This document shows, in pieces, positions 18,298 to 27,252 of a stretch of DNA of 64,000 nucleotides. Position numbers and translations under genes: made by a program. Numbering within the stretch: the stretch's first letter is position 1; every line of letters begins with the position of its first letter. The DNA is taken from NCBI GenBank assembly GCA_965242525.1, contig OZ251459.1:4032001-4096000 (forward strand), in the 5' to 3' direction. The DNA comes from an uncultured Candidatus Binatia bacterium (GTDB lineage Bacteria > Desulfobacterota > Binatia > UBA9968 > JAJDTQ01). The notes under the pieces were generated by a model. It made no database searches. It saw only the letters and a program-made list of their open reading frames with translations, and was not told where the DNA came from.

Positions 18298-19524
18298 ATG
18301 AACGCGCTGCAGGTTTCCACCGTCATTGACACGGTGCTTCTCAAGGTCGCGAGTCGATGCAACCTCGACTGCAACTACTGCTACGTCTATCACATGGGTG
18401 ACGACGGTTGGCGCGCTCAGCCGAAGCGCATGCCCGCGGCGGTTCAACAGGCCGCGGTCCGGCAGCTTGGGGACCTTTACGTCCACCAGCGGCAGCCGTT
18501 CAGCGTCGTGCTGCACGGGGGAGAACCGCTGCTGTTGGGGGCCGATGGTTTGCGCGACTTCTGCAATCGTCTTCGCTCTGCGCTTCCGGCGCCCTGCGGG
18601 ATCCACGTCCAGACGAACGGCGTGCTCTTGACCGAGGAGATCATCGACGTCTTCGTCCGGTTCGACGTCGGGATCTCCGTCAGCATCGACGGCCCTCGGG
18701 ACCTCCATGACCGATTTCGTCTCGATCTCCGAGGAAGGGGGTCCCATGACCGGGTGCGGGAAGCCATCGGCCGGTTGACTGCCCGGAGCGACGCCCGTCC
18801 CTTGTTCGCCGGAGTCCTGGCGGTGATCGATCCCGGTTCCAACCCTGGATCCGTCTATGCCTCCCTCAAGGCCACCGGCGCCCCGAGCCTCGATTTCCTG
18901 ATCCGCGATGGAAACCATGCGCGTCTGCCGCCGGGGAAAACCAGCGTTGACTCGACCGAATACGGACGCTGGATGGTCGGCATGCTCGACGTCTATCTCA
19001 GGGACCCGGAACCGCCGCGTGTGCGCATCCTCGACGACATGCTCCGGGTCATCCTTGGCGGCCAGGCTCGGAAAGAAGGGGTCGGCGTCAATGACTACGG
19101 TATCCTGACCATCGAGACCGATGGTCGCATCAACAAGAACGACACGTTGAAAGTCGCCCACCCAGGCGCGGACCGGTTCGAACGGAACTCATGGTCGATC
19201 CTTTCGGATAGCCTGCTCGACGTCCTCCGCAGCCAGTCCTATGCAGACTATTACCGCCAGCAGCGCCCCACTGCCCTCGCTTGTCGCGCCTGTCCCGAGC
19301 GGAACGTCTGCGGGGGCGGGATGGTGGCGCACCGATGGAGCGACGATCGCGGTTTTGACAATCCGTCCGTCTTTTGCGCAGACCAGCTATTGCTGATAAG
19401 GCGTATGCGGGAATGGGTTGCGCGGCGCCAAACCACGAGAAAAGCGGAAGGAGACTCCCTTGGACAACAGGAAAGATTCCCCCGATACCTGGAAGCACCA
19501 GTCGGCGGAGAACTCCGAGTTTGA
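18298..19524 (+). CDS. Radical SAM/SPASM peptide maturase, cyclophane-forming (triceptide, YhhB-like)
   Basis: LKVASRCNLDCNYCY (CxxxCxxC), LHGGEPLL, QTNG, SIDGP, C-terminal CRACPERNVCGGG..HRW...NPSVFC; adjacent precursor with aromatic-X-X motifs. Confidence 0.88.
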   Translation: MNALQVSTVIDTVLLKVASRCNLDCNYCYVYHMGDDGWRAQPKRMPAAVQQAAVRQLGDLYVHQRQPFSVVLHGGEPLLLGADGLRDFCNRLRSALPAPCGIHVQTNGVLLTEEIIDVFVRFDVGISVSIDGPRDLHDRFRLDLRGRGSHDRVREAIGRLTARSDARPLFAGVLAVIDPGSNPGSVYASLKATGAPSLDFLIRDGNHARLPPGKTSVDSTEYGRWMVGMLDVYLRDPEPPRVRILDDMLRVILGGQARKEGVGVNDYGILTIETDGRINKNDTLKVAHPGADRFERNSWSILSDSLLDVLRSQSYADYYRQQRPTALACRACPERNVCGGGMVAHRWSDDRGFDNPSVFCADQLLLIRRMREWVARRQTTRKAEGDSLGQQERFPRYLEAPVGGELRV

Positions 19525-19645
19525 GCCAAAGTACGTCGATAGCGTTGCCTTGACCCGCCTCATCGAGGAGGTACGGAACCGGGGTGACGGCGAAATCGGC
19601 TCACCGACGGCCTATAATCGCACGTACCACCGTCACAACAGGTGA
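19460..19645 (+). CDS. RiPP precursor peptide (YhhA-like triceptide precursor), 61 aa
   Basis: GGAGA RBS then TTG at 19460; leader ...DSVALTRLIEEVRN..., core SPTAYNRTYHRHNR-stop; overlaps the rSAM 3' end. Confidence 0.85.
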   Translation: MDNRKDSPDTWKHQSAENSEFEPKYVDSVALTRLIEEVRNRGDGEIGSPTAYNRTYHRHNR

Positions 19646-19660
19646 TCGTCCGGGGCTTCC

Positions 19661-20278
19661 ATGCAGCCGTCCTGCGAGACGTCGCCTTGGTGCGCCCTTG
19701 GCCCGGTAGATCTCCGTGTTTCCCCTTTCCGCTACTTCCTGGCGCCGCGTTGCCTTGCGCCCGGTATGGAGCGGGCGCTCCTCGAATGGTTCGAGACCGA
19801 CGCGCCCTGGCGGCTCGTGGAGACCGATTTCTACCAGCAGTACGAATTCGACATGCTCCACATGGCCCTACCGACAAGCGTAGCTCCATTGATCTCGCCG
19901 GGGAACCTCACGGCGCTTCGTCGGGAAATGGCGGATATTTTCGACGTAGCCTTCGACGACCGGATCATGCTGGTAGCGCACAAACTGACATCCGGCCAAC
20001 GGATCGCCATTCACAACGACCATCTCGTTGGTGAAGAGACACATCGCTTGACCGTTCAGCTCAACCGGGGCCTTGATGATGAAGACGGCGGGCTCATCAT
20101 GTTGTTCAACAGCTTCGATCCCGCAGACGTCCATCGGATCATCCGTCCGGTCACCGGGAGCGGCATCGGGTTCGAGATCGGCGAGAACTCCCATCACGCG
20201 GTTTCCCGCCTGCACTGCGGAGAACGTTACACGCTCGTCTATTCCTTCCATGCTCGGCGGAACTCAGGAGACGGTTAG
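19661..20278 (+). CDS. 2OG-Fe(II) oxygenase (YhhC-like RiPP tailoring enzyme)
   Basis: HND (HxD), HHAVS distal His, RYTLVYSF 2OG-binding Arg; directly follows the precursor. Confidence 0.85.
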   Translation: MQPSCETSPWCALGPVDLRVSPFRYFLAPRCLAPGMERALLEWFETDAPWRLVETDFYQQYEFDMLHMALPTSVAPLISPGNLTALRREMADIFDVAFDDRIMLVAHKLTSGQRIAIHNDHLVGEETHRLTVQLNRGLDDEDGGLIMLFNSFDPADVHRIIRPVTGSGIGFEIGENSHHAVSRLHCGERYTLVYSFHARRNSGDG

Positions 20279-21104
20279 AAAGGCGATCGTTCGATTCGCG
20301 GAGCCGTGGCTCCCCGGTCTCGCCGGTCCGTTGACGGCGAGCGCGTGGCAGGGGCTTGCGCACCACGGATTCGTCCCGTCGAACTACGGGACACACCGGT
20401 GGCTGGAGAGAGGTCCTGCGGCTGAGCGTCTGATTCTCGCTACGATTGAAATGGCTGGCCCTCTCGAGTGCCGAATCGAAGCGTTACCGGAGTCAAGTCG
20501 CACGCGCTACGAAAGAATCGGTCTGAGGTTCCCCGAATCCATCTCCATCGAGACCCATGTCGCAGCCTTGCGACAAGCACTCTCTCTCATTGCCCTGGTT
20601 CCGAGCCTCTACGCCGCCATTGCGGCTTACCTGCAAACCTTGCACGTTCTGGGATCCCCTGGCAAGGATCTCGACGTCAGTCACAGCGATCCGGATGTGC
20701 CTTTCTCGATTTTCACCTCGGTTCCGTCCGCCTGTCCGAACGGAGCCCTGCGTCTCGCCGAGTCCATCATCCACGAATGCATGCACCTCCAACTCACCAT
20801 GATCGAGACACTGCTGCCGCTCGTGGGCACGGAGGGCAGGGGGGCTTTCTCTCCTTGGCAGCAACGACAGCGACCACTCCGCGGCATCCTGCACGGCCTG
20901 TATGTTTTTTCCGTGATCGATGCATGGTTCCAAGCTCTGGACCAAGGCGACTTTCTAGCGCTGGAGAGCAGAACCTTCGTTGTCAAGCGTCGAGGAGAGA
21001 TCGCGCACGAGGTCGCACAAGTGGCCGATCTCGTTACCGTCGAAGGGTTGACGGAGTGTGGGCGAAACCTGGCATGTGGTGCTCTCCGGCGTTGCAAGAT
21101 TTGA
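20250..21104 (+). CDS. HExxH-domain protein (aKG-HExxH peptide beta-hydroxylase-like)
   Basis: SHSDPDVPFSIF, LAESIIHECMHLQL, SPWQQRQRPLRGILHGLYVF; likely start MLGGTQE overlapping the upstream gene. Confidence 0.82.
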   Translation: MLGGTQETVRKAIVRFAEPWLPGLAGPLTASAWQGLAHHGFVPSNYGTHRWLERGPAAERLILATIEMAGPLECRIEALPESSRTRYERIGLRFPESISIETHVAALRQALSLIALVPSLYAAIAAYLQTLHVLGSPGKDLDVSHSDPDVPFSIFTSVPSACPNGALRLAESIIHECMHLQLTMIETLLPLVGTEGRGAFSPWQQRQRPLRGILHGLYVFSVIDAWFQALDQGDFLALESRTFVVKRRGEIAHEVAQVADLVTVEGLTECGRNLACGALRRCKI

Positions 21105-21184
21105 TCTTATGGAAACCCTGATCAACTTTATAGGGAGAGCGCGAGGGAATACCTTCATGCATGGCTCGATTGATCAAAGTGCCC

Positions 21185-21943
21185 TTACGCGAGAAAGTCT
21201 GCTGCCATGGCACTGAATTGTGCCGTTGGTTCCACTGCCGCGGCAAGCAGGCTACGAGCTTCGTCCCGAGTTTTGACGGCCTTTGCATCCGAATAGCCAT
21301 CCAGGAGTTGAGATATTACCGTCAAGTACCTGATCCCGTTCAGACAGCTCCAGCGAGCATCTATCAAGGCTGGCCGATTGAGGCCGGCAAGATCGATCGT
21401 CGTTCGTCCGCGAGTCGTCGAGCTCTCAGCAATTTCATTTTGAAATTGTATGTGCCCACGAGGATCATCCGTTCCACCCGGGTCAAGGATGAGCGGTTTT
21501 TCGCACGAGAGATCATCAGTATGGGAGCGTGCGCGCAGTGCGGGGTCGGACAATGGAAAAAGCGAACCCTTGGTCGAGTTGCAAATGCTGCAGGAATAAT
21601 ACAGGTTCTTCCAGGAGTAAGCTAGCCAGTAATACCCTGGATATAGAGCTTTCGAGCCTTTGCGCTGTTTCACGGCCCCCTTGGGTCGGTAATGCTCGAC
21701 GTCCCCGGGGGCATATGCATCGAACTTGCCTTCACAAAAACAGCATTTCCCGTGCTGGTCCGTCTTCAGTGCTTTCTTGATGGCTTTATGACCGTAGATT
21801 TTCGGCTCAAAGCAGAATTGCTTCGTTCCATTTCGAAACTCATGGCTATGCGCTTCGTAAGCTTGGCAATCTCGTTTGGTGCGATCAGTGCTCGCTTTCG
21901 CAAGTTTCGCAGGGGTGGACGACCGTTTATGGATTCGGATCAT
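21185..21943 (-). CDS. HNH endonuclease (Septu PtuB / retron-effector-like)
   Basis: KCCFCE, DVEHYRPK, WLAYSWKNLYYSCSICN; ATGA-coupled to the upstream ATPase. Confidence 0.82.
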   Translation of the reverse strand: MIRIHKRSSTPAKLAKASTDRTKRDCQAYEAHSHEFRNGTKQFCFEPKIYGHKAIKKALKTDQHGKCCFCEGKFDAYAPGDVEHYRPKGAVKQRKGSKALYPGYYWLAYSWKNLYYSCSICNSTKGSLFPLSDPALRARSHTDDLSCEKPLILDPGGTDDPRGHIQFQNEIAESSTTRGRTTIDLAGLNRPALIDARWSCLNGIRYLTVISQLLDGYSDAKAVKTRDEARSLLAAAVEPTAQFSAMAADFLA

Positions 21944-23316
21944 GACGAAAGGTTCCCTGGCTGAAGAAGCTCGGCTGCCTTGCGTATGACTTCCATGGCT
22001 TTTTGGTCTTCAGGCGATTCTGCGGTGGGTAGTTCAAGAGCCCGCCGGTCCAAATCGGCGAGTTCCTCGCGTTCGGCCTTCGAGAGCCTCTGTTTCTGGC
22101 GCAAGGCAACACGGCGCTTCTGTTGCTCCACGGTCTCAGGCGGTCGCGCTGATTCGAAGCCGAAGAGATCGCTTGTGAGAACCTGGTCCAGACGCCAGCT
22201 TCTGATGACGGCAGGATCGTTTTCGATTGTCACATGGTCCTTCCGCCATCGGACGACGGCCAAGTTTTGGCTCAGTGAGCTCTGCGCCATGAGCGGGCTG
22301 TGCGCAGTGGCGATGAACTGAACGTTGGGAAAATGGCCGGTAAGATGCTCACGAATCTCCCGCTGCCAGCGCGGATGGAGATGGAGGTCGATTTCGTCAA
22401 CGATCACGATGGCCGGTTCCTTGAAGGGGTCGGAACTTTCCGGGTATTGCTCGATGAGCCTCCAGGCGATGTCCATCGTCAAGGCAAACATCGTCTGGTA
22501 GCCAAGGCTCAACTGATCGAGAGGCACTTCTCCCGAAGGGGTCCTCACGTGAACTCCGGTTCGATCAGAGATGTAAGCCGTACTCCTCGGGCCAAGTATC
22601 CTGACGTCTCGGGGATCCTGGATGTCCGGGAGGATCTCGGCAAGCATAAACGTGAGGCTGTCGAGAAGTTTCCTGGCGCGCTGGCGTTCTTCAGGGGTGT
22701 GACCTTTTGTCAACGAAGCATATTCCAGATCGCACAGGTTCTTTTCGGCATCATAGAGTTCGGACTCGACCCTGAATAATGACTGAACCGGGTCTATTTC
22801 AGGCGGTCGGTGACGCTCGGTCTTTGGGTGGCGTCCCGCGCCGTAGGCCAGGATAAAAGGTGGTTCCTCGTGGTACCTGGGGGCATCTCCACCGGGATCA
22901 ACATCCGTGATGTCGCCGTCCTTGCGTTTGATGGCAAGGGTTGTCGAAATGGTTCTGGGTTTACTGGTTCCGGGTTTACGCCGTTTTGGCCCCGCCAATG
23001 GCAATCCAACCGAAAGAGACGCCTTCAGTTGCACCTCCGCATCGATGCCGGATCGCGCCAACGCGCTCAGCACACGGTTTTCCTCTCTCACCAATTCGGG
23101 TTGGATATTGTCCTCGTCAGGGTTGAACTCCGGGCGCATGTACGCCAAGCATTGGAGTAGCGTGGTCTTGCCGGCGCCGTTGTCGCCTATGACGAGGGTC
23201 CACTGAGCGGGCCGGCCGTCGTCGTCGGTGAGGTCCAACTCCTGCCGTTCGCCGAAGCAGCGGACGTTTTCGAGCGACAGTTTCCGAAAGTAAATCGGGT
23301 TGGCTTTTCTGGACAT
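21940..23316 (-). CDS. ABC-type AAA ATPase (Septu PtuA-like)
   Basis: Walker A GDNGAGKTT, LSLGYQ signature, IVDEIDLHLHPRWQ, QFIATAHSP. Confidence 0.85.
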   Translation of the reverse strand: MSRKANPIYFRKLSLENVRCFGERQELDLTDDDGRPAQWTLVIGDNGAGKTTLLQCLAYMRPEFNPDEDNIQPELVREENRVLSALARSGIDAEVQLKASLSVGLPLAGPKRRKPGTSKPRTISTTLAIKRKDGDITDVDPGGDAPRYHEEPPFILAYGAGRHPKTERHRPPEIDPVQSLFRVESELYDAEKNLCDLEYASLTKGHTPEERQRARKLLDSLTFMLAEILPDIQDPRDVRILGPRSTAYISDRTGVHVRTPSGEVPLDQLSLGYQTMFALTMDIAWRLIEQYPESSDPFKEPAIVIVDEIDLHLHPRWQREIREHLTGHFPNVQFIATAHSPLMAQSSLSQNLAVVRWRKDHVTIENDPAVIRSWRLDQVLTSDLFGFESARPPETVEQQKRRVALRQKQRLSKAEREELADLDRRALELPTAESPEDQKAMEVIRKAAELLQPGNLSS

Positions 23317-23394
23317 GGGCCACCGAAGTCAAGCATGCCGTCGATCACCATCAGGCGCCCGCGCGCTTTGCGGCGCCGCTCGCGCCAGCGGGAC

Positions 23395-26193
23395 CTACTC
23401 CTCCCTCGGCGGGAACTCGAACGTGACCTTGCCGGCGTCGTCGAGGACGAGCCAGGCGGCGAAAGTGCGGCCGGATCGGGAGGAGACGAAGCCCTCCAGC
23501 AGGTCGGTCTTGCCCTCGGACAGGAGCTTGGCCATCTGGGCTCGGTCCACGGGCTGCTCCAGGATCACCGTCCCGGACTTGAACTTGCAGGGCTTGGTCT
23601 CCGCCTGGGACTTCTCGCACAGGTACCGGGAGTCCCACTCGAAGACCCGGCTCCGGCAGCGGGGGCACGGGCCCAGGGGCTCCTGCCCGGTGAAGTCCGC
23701 CTTGGGCGCGGGTTTGTCCCGTTTGGCCGCGGTCTTCCTGGCGGGGCGCGGCTCGAACTCGAACCCTACCTTGCCCTGCTGCAACGCGAGGAACGCCTTG
23801 AACGAGCGGCCGGTCCTGGACGAGACGAACTGGGGCAGCAGGTCGGTCTTGCCGTCGGCCAGCAGCTTGGCCATCTGCTCCCGCTCCACCGGTTGCCGGA
23901 GGATGATCTTGCCGGACGAGAACTCGCAGGTCCGCTGTTCGCCCACGGCGTTCTCGCACACGTAGCGCATGGGCAGCTCGAAGACGCGCCCGGCGCACCG
24001 GGGGCACGGCCCCAGGGGCTCCTGGCCGGTGAAGTCTTCGTTCTGTTCTGCCTGGCCGTCCCCGTTGCGCGGTTCGTTGCCGAAGTCGAAGGCGATCCTG
24101 TGATCGGGGGACAGTTGCAACACCGCGTCGAACGGCCGGCCCTGGCGGCTGCGGAACCCCTGGAGCGGCCCGACTTGGCGATGCTCCACGAGCGCCGCGG
24201 CCTCGTCGGCGCTCAGCAGCCGTCCGGCCAGGATCTTGGGCAAGGTGAAGTCGCAGTTCGCGCACTGGAAGTTGCGGTACTTTTCGTGCACCTCGCCGGC
24301 GCACTTGGGACACGGCGCCGAGAGCGAGCCGAAGTCCCCCGGGATGGTGTCGTGCTCGTACTGCCGCGCCCGGTCCACGATCTGGCGGGTCATCTCGGCG
24401 ATCTCGCCCATGAACTCGTCGCGGCTCTTCTTCCCGCCCTGCATCTGGAAGAGCTGGTACTCCCAGTTGCCGGTGAGCTCGGGCCGGGTGAGCTCCCGCA
24501 CGCCGAGGCCGTTGAGCAGCTCCATGAGCATGAACGCCTTGGGGGTGGCGTGCAGGTCCTTGCCCTCCCGGATGAGGTAGTCCTCGTCGAGGAGCCCCTC
24601 GATGATGGACGCACGGGTGGCGGACGTGCCGAGCCCCTTGCCCGCCATGGCCGTGCGCAGGTCCTCGTCGGTCACCAGCTTGCCGGCCCCTTCCATGGCG
24701 CCCAGCAGCGTGGCCTCGGTGAAGCGCGCCGGCGGCCGGGTCCGGCTCTGCTTGACCTCGACCTCGCCGGCCTCGACCTCCTCGCCCGCCCGGACCGGCG
24801 CCAGGCTGGCCTCGTCCGAGGACTTGGAGGCGTCCCTGCCGTGGACTTCCATCCAACCGGCCTTGACCATGACCTTGCCCGCGGTCTTGAACGGCTCCCC
24901 TTCCACCCGCGTGATCCGGGTGGTCTCCAGGAACTCGGCCGCGGGGTAGAAGACGGCCAGGAAGCGCCGGGCCACCAAGTCGTAGATCTTCTGCTCGGTC
25001 TCGTTGAGGCGCCTGGGCGCTTCGGTGGTGGGGATGATGGCGAAGTGGTCCGACACCTTGGCGTCGTTGAAGACCCGTTTGTCGGGCTTGACCCATCCCT
25101 GGCTCAGGATGGCCCCGGCGAACGGCGCGTAGCTCGTGTTCCCGAGCATCCGGAGCGAGTCCTTGACCGTGGCCACGTAGTCTTCCGGCAAGGCCCGGGA
25201 GTCGGTGCGCGGGTAGGTGAGGACCTTGTGGCGCTCGTACAACGCCTGGGCGATCTGCACGGTGCGGTTGGCGCTCAGGCCGAAACGGGCGTTGGCTTCG
25301 CGCTGGAGGCTCGTGAGGTCGAACAGGGGCGGCGGCGCCTGCCGGACGGGCTTGCTCTCCTCGCTCACGCTGCCCGGCTTGCCCAAGCACTTCTCCCGGA
25401 CGGCCTCGGCGGCGGCCTGCTCCCAGAACCGCTCGGCCCGGGCGTCGGGCTGGTCGTCCCGCTTCCGGAACCCCTCGTCGAACCAGCGCCCCTGGTACGC
25501 GCCCCCTTCGGACCGGAAGGTGGCGACCACCTCCCAGTAGTCCACGGGCCGGAAGTCCCGGATGGCGGCCTCGCGCTCCGCCACGATGGCCAGGGTCGGG
25601 GTCTGCACCCGCCCCACGGTGGTCTTGTAGAAGCCCCCCGGCTTGGAGTTGAACGCGGTCATGGCCCGGGTGCCGTTGATCCCCACCAGCCAGTCGGCCT
25701 CGGAGCGGCTCAGGGCGGCGTCGGCCAGGGGCAGCATCTCCTCGTCCTCGCGGAGCTTCACGAAGCCGTTGCGGATGGCGTCGGGGGTCATGGACTGGAG
25801 CCAGAGCCGCTTGATGGGTTTCCTGGCCTTGGCGTGGCGGACGATGTTGCGGAAGATCAGCTCGCCTTCCCGTCCGGCGTCACAGGCGTTGACCAGGTCG
25901 TCCACGTCCCTGCGCTTGATGAGCTTGACCAGCAGCTTGAGCCGGGAGGCGGACTTCTGGATGGGCTTCAGGTCGAAGTAGGGCGGGATCACCGGCAGGT
26001 TGGCGAAGCTCCACTTGCCCCGCTGGGCCTCGGCCCCTTCCGGCGGGACCTGCTCCAGCAGGTGGCCCACCGCGGACGACAACACGTAGTCGTCGCTCTC
26101 GTAGTAGTCCTGGCGCCGCTGGAAGCCGCCCAGGGCCCGGGCCACGTCCGCGGCCACCGATGGCTTCTCCGCGATGATGAGTGATTTGCCCAT
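23395..26193 (-). CDS. topB: DNA topoisomerase III with C-terminal Zn-ribbon/Toprim_Crpt repeats
   Basis: IIAEKPSVA, NACDAGREGELIF, GRVQTPTL, catalytic LTYPRTDS; duplicated DFTGQEPLGPCPRC modules. Confidence 0.93.
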   Translation of the reverse strand: MGKSLIIAEKPSVAADVARALGGFQRRQDYYESDDYVLSSAVGHLLEQVPPEGAEAQRGKWSFANLPVIPPYFDLKPIQKSASRLKLLVKLIKRRDVDDLVNACDAGREGELIFRNIVRHAKARKPIKRLWLQSMTPDAIRNGFVKLREDEEMLPLADAALSRSEADWLVGINGTRAMTAFNSKPGGFYKTTVGRVQTPTLAIVAEREAAIRDFRPVDYWEVVATFRSEGGAYQGRWFDEGFRKRDDQPDARAERFWEQAAAEAVREKCLGKPGSVSEESKPVRQAPPPLFDLTSLQREANARFGLSANRTVQIAQALYERHKVLTYPRTDSRALPEDYVATVKDSLRMLGNTSYAPFAGAILSQGWVKPDKRVFNDAKVSDHFAIIPTTEAPRRLNETEQKIYDLVARRFLAVFYPAAEFLETTRITRVEGEPFKTAGKVMVKAGWMEVHGRDASKSSDEASLAPVRAGEEVEAGEVEVKQSRTRPPARFTEATLLGAMEGAGKLVTDEDLRTAMAGKGLGTSATRASIIEGLLDEDYLIREGKDLHATPKAFMLMELLNGLGVRELTRPELTGNWEYQLFQMQGGKKSRDEFMGEIAEMTRQIVDRARQYEHDTIPGDFGSLSAPCPKCAGEVHEKYRNFQCANCDFTLPKILAGRLLSADEAAALVEHRQVGPLQGFRSRQGRPFDAVLQLSPDHRIAFDFGNEPRNGDGQAEQNEDFTGQEPLGPCPRCAGRVFELPMRYVCENAVGEQRTCEFSSGKIILRQPVEREQMAKLLADGKTDLLPQFVSSRTGRSFKAFLALQQGKVGFEFEPRPARKTAAKRDKPAPKADFTGQEPLGPCPRCRSRVFEWDSRYLCEKSQAETKPCKFKSGTVILEQPVDRAQMAKLLSEGKTDLLEGFVSSRSGRTFAAWLVLDDAGKVTFEFPPREE

Positions 26194-26386
26194 GTCCTCG
26201 ACCCCCGCCCGGAGAAGCGCGCGCCGCGGCGCGCCCTCCGTCCCTCATGCACAGTGCATATGTATGATCGAGGCATACCTGTCAAGGCGCGGGGGCGAGC
26301 CGTTCGCGGTAGGGGGCGGATGGGTGTAAGAAGGGGGCGCGGGGAACGGAGGCCCGTTGCCCGGCGCTCCAGGGAGGACCGAGCCC

Positions 26387-27214
26387 ATGCCCCACGTCAA
26401 GTGCCCCACCGGCGTCGAACTCTATTACGAGACCCACGGACAGGGGGAGCCCCTGGTCTTCGTGCCGTCCACCGCCTACTCCGGCGAGGTCTGGAAGCCG
26501 TCGCAGATGCCGCTGGCGGAGTCCCTGAACCTGGTCTTCCACGACCCGCGGGGGTGCGGGCGCTCGGTGGCGCAGCAGGGCGTCTATACCATCGAGCTCA
26601 TGGCCATGGACATCGTGGCGCTCATGGACCATCTCGGTTGTCCGTCCGCCCACTTCATCGGCCACTCCATGGGGGGCCGCATCGCGTTGTCCCTGGCCCA
26701 GAACTTCCCCGGACGGGTCAAGAGCCTGATCATGGCGGCCGCGGGCTCGGGGACCGCGGGCCGGGCCGGACCGGACTGCGTGCCCGGCCTGCCGCACCAG
26801 CTCGTGTACGAGCTGGTGGAGATGGGGTTCGAGAAGTTCGTCCGGGACGAGATCGTGGAGTCCGACACCTTCTTCACCGCGGACTACCGGGCCGCCCACC
26901 GCGCCGAGGTCGAAGCGTTCTACAGGCTCGCCTGGGAGACCCACGCCAGGCTGCCGGAGTTCATCCACCTGGTCATGGCGCGGCACAGCTTCGAGGGCAC
27001 CCATCGGCTGGGCGACGTCCGGGCGCCCACCATGGTCCTCATCGGCGACGGCGACACGGTGGGGAGCAACCACGTGGCCCAGGCGCAGGTGCTGGCCGAC
27101 CGCATCCCGGGCGCGGAGTTGAAGGTCCTGGAGGGGCAGACCCACGGGTTCTTCTGGCAGGACCCGGAAGGGACCAACGACGTGATCCTGTCCTGGGTCC
27201 GGCGCCACAGTTGA
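26387..27214 (+). CDS. Alpha/beta hydrolase
   Basis: GGAGG RBS; DPRGCGRS, GHSMGG, THGFFW. Confidence 0.88.
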   Translation: MPHVKCPTGVELYYETHGQGEPLVFVPSTAYSGEVWKPSQMPLAESLNLVFHDPRGCGRSVAQQGVYTIELMAMDIVALMDHLGCPSAHFIGHSMGGRIALSLAQNFPGRVKSLIMAAAGSGTAGRAGPDCVPGLPHQLVYELVEMGFEKFVRDEIVESDTFFTADYRAAHRAEVEAFYRLAWETHARLPEFIHLVMARHSFEGTHRLGDVRAPTMVLIGDGDTVGSNHVAQAQVLADRIPGAELKVLEGQTHGFFWQDPEGTNDVILSWVRRHS

Positions 27215-27252
27215 CGTCTTCGGTGACGGGGAAAGCCCGGCGCCGTCCTTCC

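Noticed and set aside
21185-23395. Type I-A retron (RT + ATPase + HNH)
   Set aside because: No RT gene is adjacent, and the 78-bp gap to topB shows no convincing msr-msd structure.
23395-24300. Internal duplication in the topB C-terminus as a novelty
   Set aside because: Repeated Zn-ribbon/C-terminal modules are a known feature of topoisomerase III proteins.
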